From the NCBI GenBank assembly GCA_032127265.1, contig JAQAZP010000019.1:1-62220 (forward strand): a stretch of 62,220 nucleotides of DNA. Direction: 5' to 3'. The number at the start of each line of letters is the position of its first letter. Within the stretch, counting starts at the first letter, position 1. Positions 44,561-53,200 of the stretch are shown here, one piece after another. The notes under the pieces are model-generated. The model saw nothing but the letters and a program-made list of their open reading frames with translations, did no database searches and was not told the DNA's origin. The position numbers and the translations under genes were made by a program. The DNA is from Acidobacteriota bacterium (GTDB lineage Bacteria; Acidobacteriota; JAQAZP01).

Positions 44561-47395
44561 TCAGGGCCTGGCTGCCGCCGCGTTGGCCCCGTGGGTCACC
44601 CCGATGTCATAGGCGTCGAAATCGATGCCCGGCATCTGAACCAGGGTGCCGCCGTCGAAATTCCAGCCGCGGATGCAGCTGCCGGCGTTGGGGTCGGGAC
44701 CCTCGCCACTGATGATCTCACAGATGCCGTCACCGTCAAGATCACCGCAGCCCACCCGGACTCCGTATCCCGCTTCACCGTAGGCGAAGAAGCTGACTCC
44801 GGGGATGGCACTGGCCGCGGCGCCCAGGACCTCGAAGGCCCGGATGTGCGTGCCCATGGCCGCGCCCGGTCCGGCCCCGGCGATGATCTCCGCCGCGCCG
44901 TCGCCGTCGATGTCCCCACCGGAGACGTTGACCCCCCAGATCTGGGTGTTGAAGGCCAGGAAGCTCACCCCGGAGGCGGGGGAGGAGGTGCCGTCCACGT
45001 CCCAGCTGCGGATGTGAGCGCCGTAGATCGGGCCTGGTCCGGCCCCGGTGATGATCTCGTCGCGGCCATCGGCGTCGATATCGGCGCAGGCCACGTTGAC
45101 CCCCCACTTGGGTGTGCCGTAGGCGAAGAAGCTCACCCCGGCCATGGCCGTCAACGTGGTGCCGTCATAGTTCCAGCCGCGCACGTGGGGGCCGAAAACA
45201 GAACCCGGGCCGGCGCCGGTGACGATTTCGTCGATGCCGTCACCGTCGATGTCGCCGCAGGCCACGTTCACTCCGAACCTGTGGGTGCCGTAGGCCTGGA
45301 AGCTCACCGCCGGGATGGGCGTGCCGTTCATCTCGAAGGCGCGGACATGTGGGCCGAAGACTTCTCCCGGGCCGGGGCCGGTGACGATCTCGTCGATCCC
45401 GTCACCGTCGATGTCGCCCAGCGCCACGTTGGTCCCGAACTTGTTCACCCCGTAGGCATTGAAGGCGGCGGTTGGTCCGGCGGCCAGGTTGGCGCTGTTG
45501 TAAACCCGCACCTCGGTGGGGTTGTTCTCCCCGGGGCCGGCGCCGGTGACCAGGTTGCCGGTGGGAGCGGATGTCTCACCGAGGCCCAGGTCGGGGTTGC
45601 CCCAGAGGGTCCACTCGAAGATCTCGAATTTATCGTCGTACCACAGGCCGTTGACGTAGTTCTGGCGCAGGGAATACTGGTGCGCCTCGCCCTGGGTCAT
45701 TTCGGTGGAGGTGACCTTGGTGGTGAACCAGTAGTCGCAGGACTGGGTCGAGCCGTCATAGGGGTCGTTCCAGCCGCCGCTGCCGTAGGCCACCTTGGTG
45801 GCGCCGACGAAACCCACCGCACCGCTCTTCAGCATCTCGCGGCCGATGTTCGCCTCGTCGGTGTCGCTGTTCGAGCAGGCGTCGGCCCAGATGATCGCCG
45901 GGTAGTCGTCGTTGAGCTGGCTGCAGTCGCTGCTGTCGATGAAGGCCGGTGCTCCGTAGCCCATGATGTGACTCGAGCGGTACGAGCCATGGCCCGCGTA
46001 GTTGACGAAGCAGAAACTGCCGTTGGCCCAGACGTCCATCACGTTGGCATGGGTCATTTCGTAATCGCAGGAGAAGGTGGAGTAGACGGTGCTGTTCTGT
46101 TCATACATCCTGACCGAGGTCCAGTCGGACATCCAGGGCTGGTCCCACTTGGCTTCCATCAACTCGGCGGTGTCGGTGTCTGCCCAGAAAAAAGAGCCGA
46201 GGAGCAGGATGTTCTTCTTGAACGCCGGGTCGCTGTTCAGCTCGAAAGCCGCCGACTTGGCACAGATGCTTGAGACCGCGGCCGCATCGCTCCAGGGGAT
46301 GCGGCCCACATTGACCTCGTTGTAAAGGTCCACGTTGTCGCTGTTTTCACCGTAACGGTGGTTGCCGTTGGAATCCCAGGAGTCGCCGTCGGCCTCGGAC
46401 AGCTCGGCAAAGTAGAAGTCGGTTCGCGGCTTGCCGTATCCGATATCCTGCCAGGCCTGGCGCATCGGCACCTGGTCGTGGTGGCCTACCACCAGCACGT
46501 CACGGATGCCCCACTCCGAGGAGGGGTACTTGTCACGAAGGAAATTGCGGATCTGCTCCGCCTCGTCATAGCCGCTGTAGTTGGCGTAGATCCATTCCAC
46601 GGTCACCACTTCGGGGGTCCGTCCCTTGGCCGCTTCGTGGCTGACCAGTGCGGTGACGCTGGAGGAGAGCGCCTCGGTGGTGATCAGCACGAAGTCCTTG
46701 GTCGTCCCCGGTGCCGTAGTCTCGGGATACCAGGCCTGGGCCTGGTTGTAGTTGAGGATCACGCTCTTTGCGGTCTTCTCCATCTGCGGGACGCTGTCCT
46801 CGACGGCCATCCGGCCGCTGCCGTCGGCAAGGGTGTACTCCACCGTCACATCCAGCACGGCGTAGTGGTAGAGCGTTCCCGACAGTGGGTGATAGCGAAA
46901 AGGCGCCACGCGGACGTCGGCCAGGTTGTACTTGCGCAATCCGGCCCGGCGAACGAACTGCACCGGGCTGACCGGCCAGCCCTGGTCGCTGGAGTAGATG
47001 CCGTCTCTGGTGGCCGTCCACTCTGCCAGCTGCCGTGCACGGATCTCTGGTTTCTCCTCGCCGATTACCCGGGGCAGCCCGGCCGGCTCGATGGCGAAGG
47101 TGCCGGGCATGGCAACAGCCTTGCCCTGGAAGCTCACCCCGGTGACCACCGCGCCTGGCGGCACGGCGATGGCAAAGATCTTGCCCGGAAGCCGCGGTCC
47201 GCCGGGGGTGCCCACCACACCGAACCCCTCGAGGTTCAGCTCGACGCTGCCGCCTGCTTTGGTGAAGCGAAACTCGCCGGCTTCGATACGGCAGGTGACG
47301 CTGCCGGTGGTGTCCGCGGTGGCCGGAACAACGGCGCACAGGACGGCGGCCACGCACACGAGGCGGATTGACCACGAACGCGCAATTCTACTCAT
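44561..47395 (-). CDS. Secreted C25 (gingipain-like) cysteine peptidase with FG-GAP cassette
   Basis: I prefer the ATG at 47395 (MSRIARSWSIRLVCVAAVLCAVVPATADT signal). C25 hallmarks: FVLITTEAL.., VLVVGHHDQVP, FYFAEL..DLYNEVNVGRIP, catalytic His region NYAGHGSY, Cys region IIWADACSNS. The cassette starts at LVTGAGPGENNP. Confidence 0.85.
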   Translation of the reverse strand: MSRIARSWSIRLVCVAAVLCAVVPATADTTGSVTCRIEAGEFRFTKAGGSVELNLEGFGVVGTPGGPRLPGKIFAIAVPPGAVVTGVSFQGKAVAMPGTFAIEPAGLPRVIGEEKPEIRARQLAEWTATRDGIYSSDQGWPVSPVQFVRRAGLRKYNLADVRVAPFRYHPLSGTLYHYAVLDVTVEYTLADGSGRMAVEDSVPQMEKTAKSVILNYNQAQAWYPETTAPGTTKDFVLITTEALSSSVTALVSHEAAKGRTPEVVTVEWIYANYSGYDEAEQIRNFLRDKYPSSEWGIRDVLVVGHHDQVPMRQAWQDIGYGKPRTDFYFAELSEADGDSWDSNGNHRYGENSDNVDLYNEVNVGRIPWSDAAAVSSICAKSAAFELNSDPAFKKNILLLGSFFWADTDTAELMEAKWDQPWMSDWTSVRMYEQNSTVYSTFSCDYEMTHANVMDVWANGSFCFVNYAGHGSYRSSHIMGYGAPAFIDSSDCSQLNDDYPAIIWADACSNSDTDEANIGREMLKSGAVGFVGATKVAYGSGGWNDPYDGSTQSCDYWFTTKVTSTEMTQGEAHQYSLRQNYVNGLWYDDKFEIFEWTLWGNPDLGLGETSAPTGNLVTGAGPGENNPTEVRVYNSANLAAGPTAAFNAYGVNKFGTNVALGDIDGDGIDEIVTGPGPGEVFGPHVRAFEMNGTPIPAVSFQAYGTHRFGVNVACGDIDGDGIDEIVTGAGPGSVFGPHVRGWNYDGTTLTAMAGVSFFAYGTPKWGVNVACADIDADGRDEIITGAGPGPIYGAHIRSWDVDGTSSPASGVSFLAFNTQIWGVNVSGGDIDGDGAAEIIAGAGPGAAMGTHIRAFEVLGAAASAIPGVSFFAYGEAGYGVRVGCGDLDGDGICEIISGEGPDPNAGSCIRGWNFDGGTLVQMPGIDFDAYDIGVTHGANAAAARP
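44564..45553 (-). repeat. FG-GAP cassette copy (C25 protein)
   Basis: Ca loops: GDIDGDGIDE (twice), ADIDADGRDE, GDIDGDGAAE, GDLDGDGICE. Closing strand GIDFDAYDIGVTHGANAAAARP-stop. 330 aa by my count. Confidence 0.8.
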
Positions 47396-47920
47396 TGGAT
47401 GATCCCTCCAGATGCAGATGACAGAACCGACCCCTCGTCCGTCCCTGAGAAAGGACAAGCCGCAGCCGGTATGGCAGGCAAGGCAGCAACCCTGGCGGGG
47501 TTTCAGACCGGCAATGGAAGCTTTACCGGTCGAAAATACACCAATCATGGGGGATTGGCAAGGAAACCGAAGCTTTTAACCGCATTCCCCGGAGGGATAG
47601 AGGGGATTGCCGTGGACGTCGGAGAGGGTGACCGTTGGCGGCCGGGGTGGATCTCCATCTGAACGACCTGTCGGAGACGAGCCGCCGTTGTGCGAAGAAA
47701 ACCGGGTGGGAAACCGCGGCCGGGTCAGGGCTGCTTTCGCCAGATCATGATTCGTGATGGTAACCATCAACACGGCGGTTCTGAGAACGGGAATTCCGGA
47801 ACGCGGAGGGATCCCGCCGGTTTTCGAGCTTACAACGGCGTGCACTCGCAGACCGGGAGTGAAGATGGAGGTTCACTCCCGCCGCCAGTGCAAAATTCAC
47901 GCTTCAATCCGACCCCCATG

Positions 47921-50071
47921 CTATTCAGGGGCAGAGGATGGTGGGAGCACATCCACACCGCAGGACTTGTTGAGCTCGTCGCCCGCAGGGGCGTAGGGAG
48001 GCTGGTTCCAGGGGGCAGGTGTGACGTCGGTGACGGTGAGGTCGAGACCCAGTTGACCGAGGAGCGGCTGAAGGGCGGGGACGTCGACACTCCAGCTGAT
48101 GTACTCGCGGCCATTGCCGGCGAGGTTGTAGAAGCCGCTGCGCCAGCCGGTCCAGGTGTCCCCATCGGCGAAGTGCAGGTCGGCCCGGCCGGCAACCCTC
48201 CGCGGCCTGGGCCTGAGGTTTTGCAAACCCACCGAGATCCGCCAGGTGAACGGCGGAGTCTCCGCCCCCGGAGTGCCGTTGAGGGAGCAGTCGAGAGTTT
48301 TGATGCGGGACGAGTAGTGAAAGCCAATGTCGACCATGCCGCTATTCACGACACCATCCATCCGTGTTGTCCTGGCATCGAGACAGACCGGCCCACCGAA
48401 GCCGATGTAACAGACCTCGTTTGCCATACCTGAGCCGGCGCCCACACAGGGACTGTCCGTCGAGTGTCCGGTGACCAGATGGGACAGGTAATAGTCACCG
48501 GTGATGCCGGCCCAAAGTGGATTCTCATCGATATTGCCGGCGCCCCAGGTGACATCGCCGCCTCCGCCGATCTCTGCCTGGCCGCCCTGCAGGTCGGTGT
48601 GACTGAACCGGACCCAGCCATTGCCCGAGATGTACACCTGGTCGCCGCCTTCCAGTGCCCGATTGCCGTAGACGATGCAGTTCTCCAGCGGAACCGGCTG
48701 GCCTGCATTCCGAGAAAAATAGCACCCGCCGCCTTCCTCTTCGGCCACGTTGTCCACCACGGTGAGATTGACCAGGGTGGGTGTGGATTCGCGGGTGACG
48801 TAGAGGCCGCCGCCGCTGTAGCCGGCCTGGTTCTCCACGATCAGGTTGTTGATCGCCACCGTGGAAGACTCACGGGTGATCAGCAGTCCGGCGGCACTCC
48901 ACTCCACCACATTGCCCCGGATCACATTGTCGGTCACCGTGGGCGAACAGAGATCGATACCGATCCCGCCGGCGTCGGAGGAGATGTTTTCCTCGATCCT
49001 GTTGCCGCTGATCAACGTCGGTCCGGTGCGGAAACAGGCAATGCCTCCGCCGCCCTGTTCGGTCTCGTTACCCCGGATCAGGTTGCTGATTACACGGGCT
49101 TTGGAGAGGGTGTAGCAGAAAACACCGCCGCCGGCGAAAGCATCGTTGCCGGCGATCACGTTGCCCCGGATCAGCGGGTCTGACCCCTGGTCGCAGTAGA
49201 TGCCGCCGCCGTAGCGCCCAGCCGCATTGTCGTTTATGGCGCAGCCGAGAATCCGCGGCGAGGAGTCGTTGTGGCAGTAGATGCCGGCCCCATCGTCGTC
49301 CGAACTGTTTCCGGAAACGGTGCAGCTGCGGATGAGCGGCGAGGAGGAGTCGGTGAGATGGATGCCGCCACCGTTGTTGTGCGCCGTGTTTCCGGTAATC
49401 ACACAGTCCTCCAGGGTGGGCGAGGAGCCTGTGCCGTAAATGCCCCCGCCGCCGTGGAAGGCGGTGCAGCCCTCGATCACCACTTCGATCATCCGGACAT
49501 CCGAGTCGCCCAAGGCCACCCCGCCGCCCTCACCCAGGGGGCTGGTGCCGCAAGTGCTGATGTTGACCCGCCGAAACAGGGCCGCCGATCCGCTGCAGGC
49601 CACCGCACCACCGGCATTGAACGCCTGGCAGTCGGCCAGCAGGCAATCCTCCACCGTGGGTGAGGCATTCAGGCAAAAGATCGCCCCGCCGTGCAAGGCC
49701 GCGCCGCCGGTGACAGTGAAGCCGCGAAAGATCGAATCACTCCCCTCACCGGAATGGAAGAAAACCGCTCGGTCATCGCCGCCGCAGTCGATCATCGTGA
49801 CCGCCGCACCCGATTCCGACTCGAGGCTGATCGCCTTGCCGCCGAAATCGAGACCGATGTTCCCCGGGCCGTTATAGACGCCCAAACGAACCAGCACCTG
49901 GTCGCCGCTGCCGGCGGCATCGATCCCGGCCTGGATGGTCAGCACGTCGCCGCCGCCGGCCCCGTCCACCACGATGGTGGCCGCGGTGGCCGGAAAGGCA
50001 GTGAAGGCCATGAACAGAGCCAGGATAGTGATGACCGGCAGGAACTTTTCTGGAATGAGCGAACCGAGCAT
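47921..50071 (-). CDS. Secreted right-handed parallel beta-helix (pectin-lyase-fold) repeat protein with TPAPWNQPPY tail domain
   Basis: Signal peptide: MLGSLIPEKFLPVITILALFMAFTAFPATAAT. Many ~22-aa turns of the form xGGGIyxxxSSPxIxxCxIxGN (for example HNGGGIHLTDSSSPLIRSCTVSGN and RYGGGIYCDQGSDPLIRGNVIAGN). The C-terminal 125 aa align with 14919..15281. Confidence 0.8.
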   Translation of the reverse strand: MLGSLIPEKFLPVITILALFMAFTAFPATAATIVVDGAGGGDVLTIQAGIDAAGSGDQVLVRLGVYNGPGNIGLDFGGKAISLESESGAAVTMIDCGGDDRAVFFHSGEGSDSIFRGFTVTGGAALHGGAIFCLNASPTVEDCLLADCQAFNAGGAVACSGSAALFRRVNISTCGTSPLGEGGGVALGDSDVRMIEVVIEGCTAFHGGGGIYGTGSSPTLEDCVITGNTAHNNGGGIHLTDSSSPLIRSCTVSGNSSDDDGAGIYCHNDSSPRILGCAINDNAAGRYGGGIYCDQGSDPLIRGNVIAGNDAFAGGGVFCYTLSKARVISNLIRGNETEQGGGGIACFRTGPTLISGNRIEENISSDAGGIGIDLCSPTVTDNVIRGNVVEWSAAGLLITRESSTVAINNLIVENQAGYSGGGLYVTRESTPTLVNLTVVDNVAEEEGGGCYFSRNAGQPVPLENCIVYGNRALEGGDQVYISGNGWVRFSHTDLQGGQAEIGGGGDVTWGAGNIDENPLWAGITGDYYLSHLVTGHSTDSPCVGAGSGMANEVCYIGFGGPVCLDARTTRMDGVVNSGMVDIGFHYSSRIKTLDCSLNGTPGAETPPFTWRISVGLQNLRPRPRRVAGRADLHFADGDTWTGWRSGFYNLAGNGREYISWSVDVPALQPLLGQLGLDLTVTDVTPAPWNQPPYAPAGDELNKSCGVDVLPPSSAPE
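47924..48298 (-). other. Tail domain copy 2 (ends ..TDVTPAPWNQPPYAPAG..)
   Basis: TLDCSLNGTPGAETPPFTWRISVGL..RRVAGR..TGWRSGFYNL..ISWSVDVPAL..LDLTVTDVTPAPWNQPPYAPAG. Confidence 0.5.
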
Positions 50072-50219
50072 GGTGCAGCCTGCGTAATATGAGACTTGTC
50101 AGGCCCGCGAATGGGGCAAACACCTGGATTTCATCATACGTTCGCACCACGATTCTGGCAAGGAATGCTTGAGGGAAAAACGGCTTGTCATTTCCCTCCC
50201 CACACTCTACATTGATGGT

Positions 50220-53200
50220 ATGCGATTCGATTATCCGAGATGTGTGGTCAATCTGCTGCTGCCGGTGATGTTCTTCATCGCCGCCCTGCCCGTGGCCGCA
50301 GGCACTCTGGAACTGGTTCTGGAGCCTGCCCCGCCTCGTCTGGTGGAGGCCGGTGACGGGACGGTTCTGGTGGAGGCGGACGGCCTGCGACTGCTGGCCG
50401 AACCCGGGGCACCGCTCCTGCCGGTGTTACCGGTGACGCTGCTCCTCCCGCCCGGTGAAGAACTGGCGAGTCTCCGTGTGGAAGCGGATCAGTCGGTGCC
50501 CCTTGACGGGTTCTGGTCGGTGGCGCCGGCCCAGCAGCCCCGGAAGCTGTCGGACAAGACCATCGAACCCACGCCGCCGGACGAACGAATCTACAGCAGC
50601 GACCAGCTCCATCCGGCCGCACTTCACGGTGAGCCGGTCACCTCCCGTTACCGCGGCTTTGTCCTGGTCACCGTCCTGGTCCACCCGGTCCGCTACCGGC
50701 CGGCCAGCGGCCGGCTGTTCCACCACCCCGGGCTGAAACTGGTGCTCACCACTCGCCCGGCCGCTGATGCCGGCGTCCGGCCGCGTTTTCTGTCCCTGGA
50801 CCGTGAAACGGTTGATCGTGTGCGCGGGATGGCAGCCAACCCTGACGCGGTGAAGGACTACCTTGATTTTGCCGACAGCACCGGGCGTTCTTCATGGGGC
50901 TGGGACCAGTTGATCATCACCAGCCCGGCGCTGGCCGAACCGTTCCGCGAGTTTGCCGGTTGGAAGACCAGACGCGGCGTTCGCTGCCTGGTGGTCACCC
51001 TGCCCCAGATCTACGCCCAGTTCACCGAGGGCCCGGACCAGCAGAAGATCCGCGATTTCATCACCATGGCCTATGAAGAGTGGGGCACCCGGTATGTGCT
51101 GCTGGGTGGCGATGACGAGGTGGTGCCGCACCGCGGGTTCATGGCCGACGAGTTCTTCTATATCGACCTCGATTGCCCGGCCGACCTTTACTACGGCGCC
51201 CTGGACGGCACCTGGAACGACGACAACGACGTTTATTGGGGCGAACCGGCCGAGGCCGACTACCTGCCCGAAGTTCACGTGGGCCGCGCCCCGGTGGACA
51301 GCGTGGCGGAGGTGGAGAACTTCGTTGCCAAGGTGATTCGCTACCTCGAATCCCCGGTGCTCGCCGACTGCGAGACCGGTCTGATGATCGGCGAAGAGAC
51401 CTGGTGGGATGTGAAGGCCAAGGCCTACAAGGAGGAAATCCGTCTGGGCACGGACAACTGGGGCTTCAGCACCGCCGGCTTCCCGCCGGAGTTCCTGGTG
51501 GGCACGCTTTATGACGTGGAGGGCGTCTGGGATGCCACGGCCAACCTGCTGCCGCTGCTCAACCGCGGGCCAAACCTGGTCAACCACGCCGGACATGCCG
51601 ACAACTTCGTGGTGATGAAGCTCTTCGACTTCATGATCAACGAGGAGAACCTGCTCAACGACGGGGTGCAGAACGGTCTGAGCATCATCTACTCCCAGGG
51701 CTGCTACTGCGGGGCCTTCGACAACCGCGACTGGAACTTCCACTACCTCGAGGAGGACGCGGTGGGCGAAGAGTTGACCACCATTGCCACCGGCGCGGTG
51801 GCCTGCATCATGAACAGCCGAAACGGCTGGGGCAGCTTTGTCGACACCAACGGCCCCTCCCAGTATTTCGACCGTGAGTTCTTCGACGCCCTGTTCGGCG
51901 AGGGGGTCACCACTCTCGGAGAGGCGGCCGACGACAGCAAGATCGACAACATCTGGACCACGGGCAGCAGCTTCTTCCGCTATTGCTACTACTCGTTGAA
52001 CCTCCTCGGCGACCCGGAGATGAAGGTCTGGACCACCGCGCCGCGGCCGCTCCAGGTGCTGCACCACCCGGAAGCAGGGATGGGCAACGTGACCATCCCG
52101 CTCCAGGTCCTCCGCGACGGGCTTCCGCTGGCCGGGGCTCGGGTCTGTCTCCGCCAGGAGGGGGATGGCGGGGCGTATGCCCGCGGTGAGACCAACGATG
52201 ACGGCAGGGTCTGGCTGCAGGTCCGCCTCACCTCGGTGGACCCGCTGCTGGTAACCGTCACCGGGCCCAACTGCCTGCCCTGGCAGGGTTCGATCACCCC
52301 CCGTTCGCTGGCCGCCTGGGTCGGCTATCTGGATCACGAACTGGATGACGATACGTCCGGGCCGAGCAGCGGCGACGGGAACGGGATCGCCGGAAACGGA
52401 GAAACCGTGGAGCTGTCCATCCGGGTCAGAAACTACGGCCTGCAGCCGGCGGACGGGGTGACCGCCACCCTGACCAGTGATGGCCCCAAGGTCACCGTCA
52501 TCTCGGGCCAGGCCGGCTACGGGCGCCTCGAGCCGGGTGCCTCGGCCGGCCCCTCTTCGCCCTTCGTGGCCCTGGTGGGCGGCGGTGTCCCGGACGGCGG
52601 GGCCGCACCGCTGACCCTGACCGTCACCGACGGCCTGGGCCGGGAGTGGGTTTCCTCGTTTGACCTGCCGCTGGAGGCGCCGCTGGTCCTTTGCCAGGGG
52701 TTTGAACTGGCCGACAGTGGCGGAGGGGCCACCGAGGCGGGCAACGGTATTCTCGAGCCGGGGGAGATGGCGGAGATCACGCTCATCGCGGCCAACCATG
52801 GCTCGCGCACAGCCGGGGGACTGCTGGCCCGGGTGGTGAGCCAGGACCCGCTGGTGGAGGTGCTCGAATCGAACACCTCCTTTGGCGACCTGGCTCCGGG
52901 CGGGAGTGCCGCGGCCGCCACGCCGCTGCGGATTCGCGTGTCGGCAGCAGCGCCGACGCCGTACCACCCGCAGATCGATGTCGGTTTCAAGGCCGATTGG
53001 TCCTTCAGCGGGCGGAGCGCCATCGGCCTCGAAATCGTCGGCCTCGGCCTGGCCGAGGATATGGAGGACGGGGGTCCGGGGTGGGCCCACGGCCCGGTGA
53101 AATGGACCGCCGACGACTGGACGCTCACCACCCAGTTCGCCGCCGGCGGCTCCGGCCAGTCCTGGAAGTGCGGCCCGCGGGCCTCCTGGGAGACGTACAG

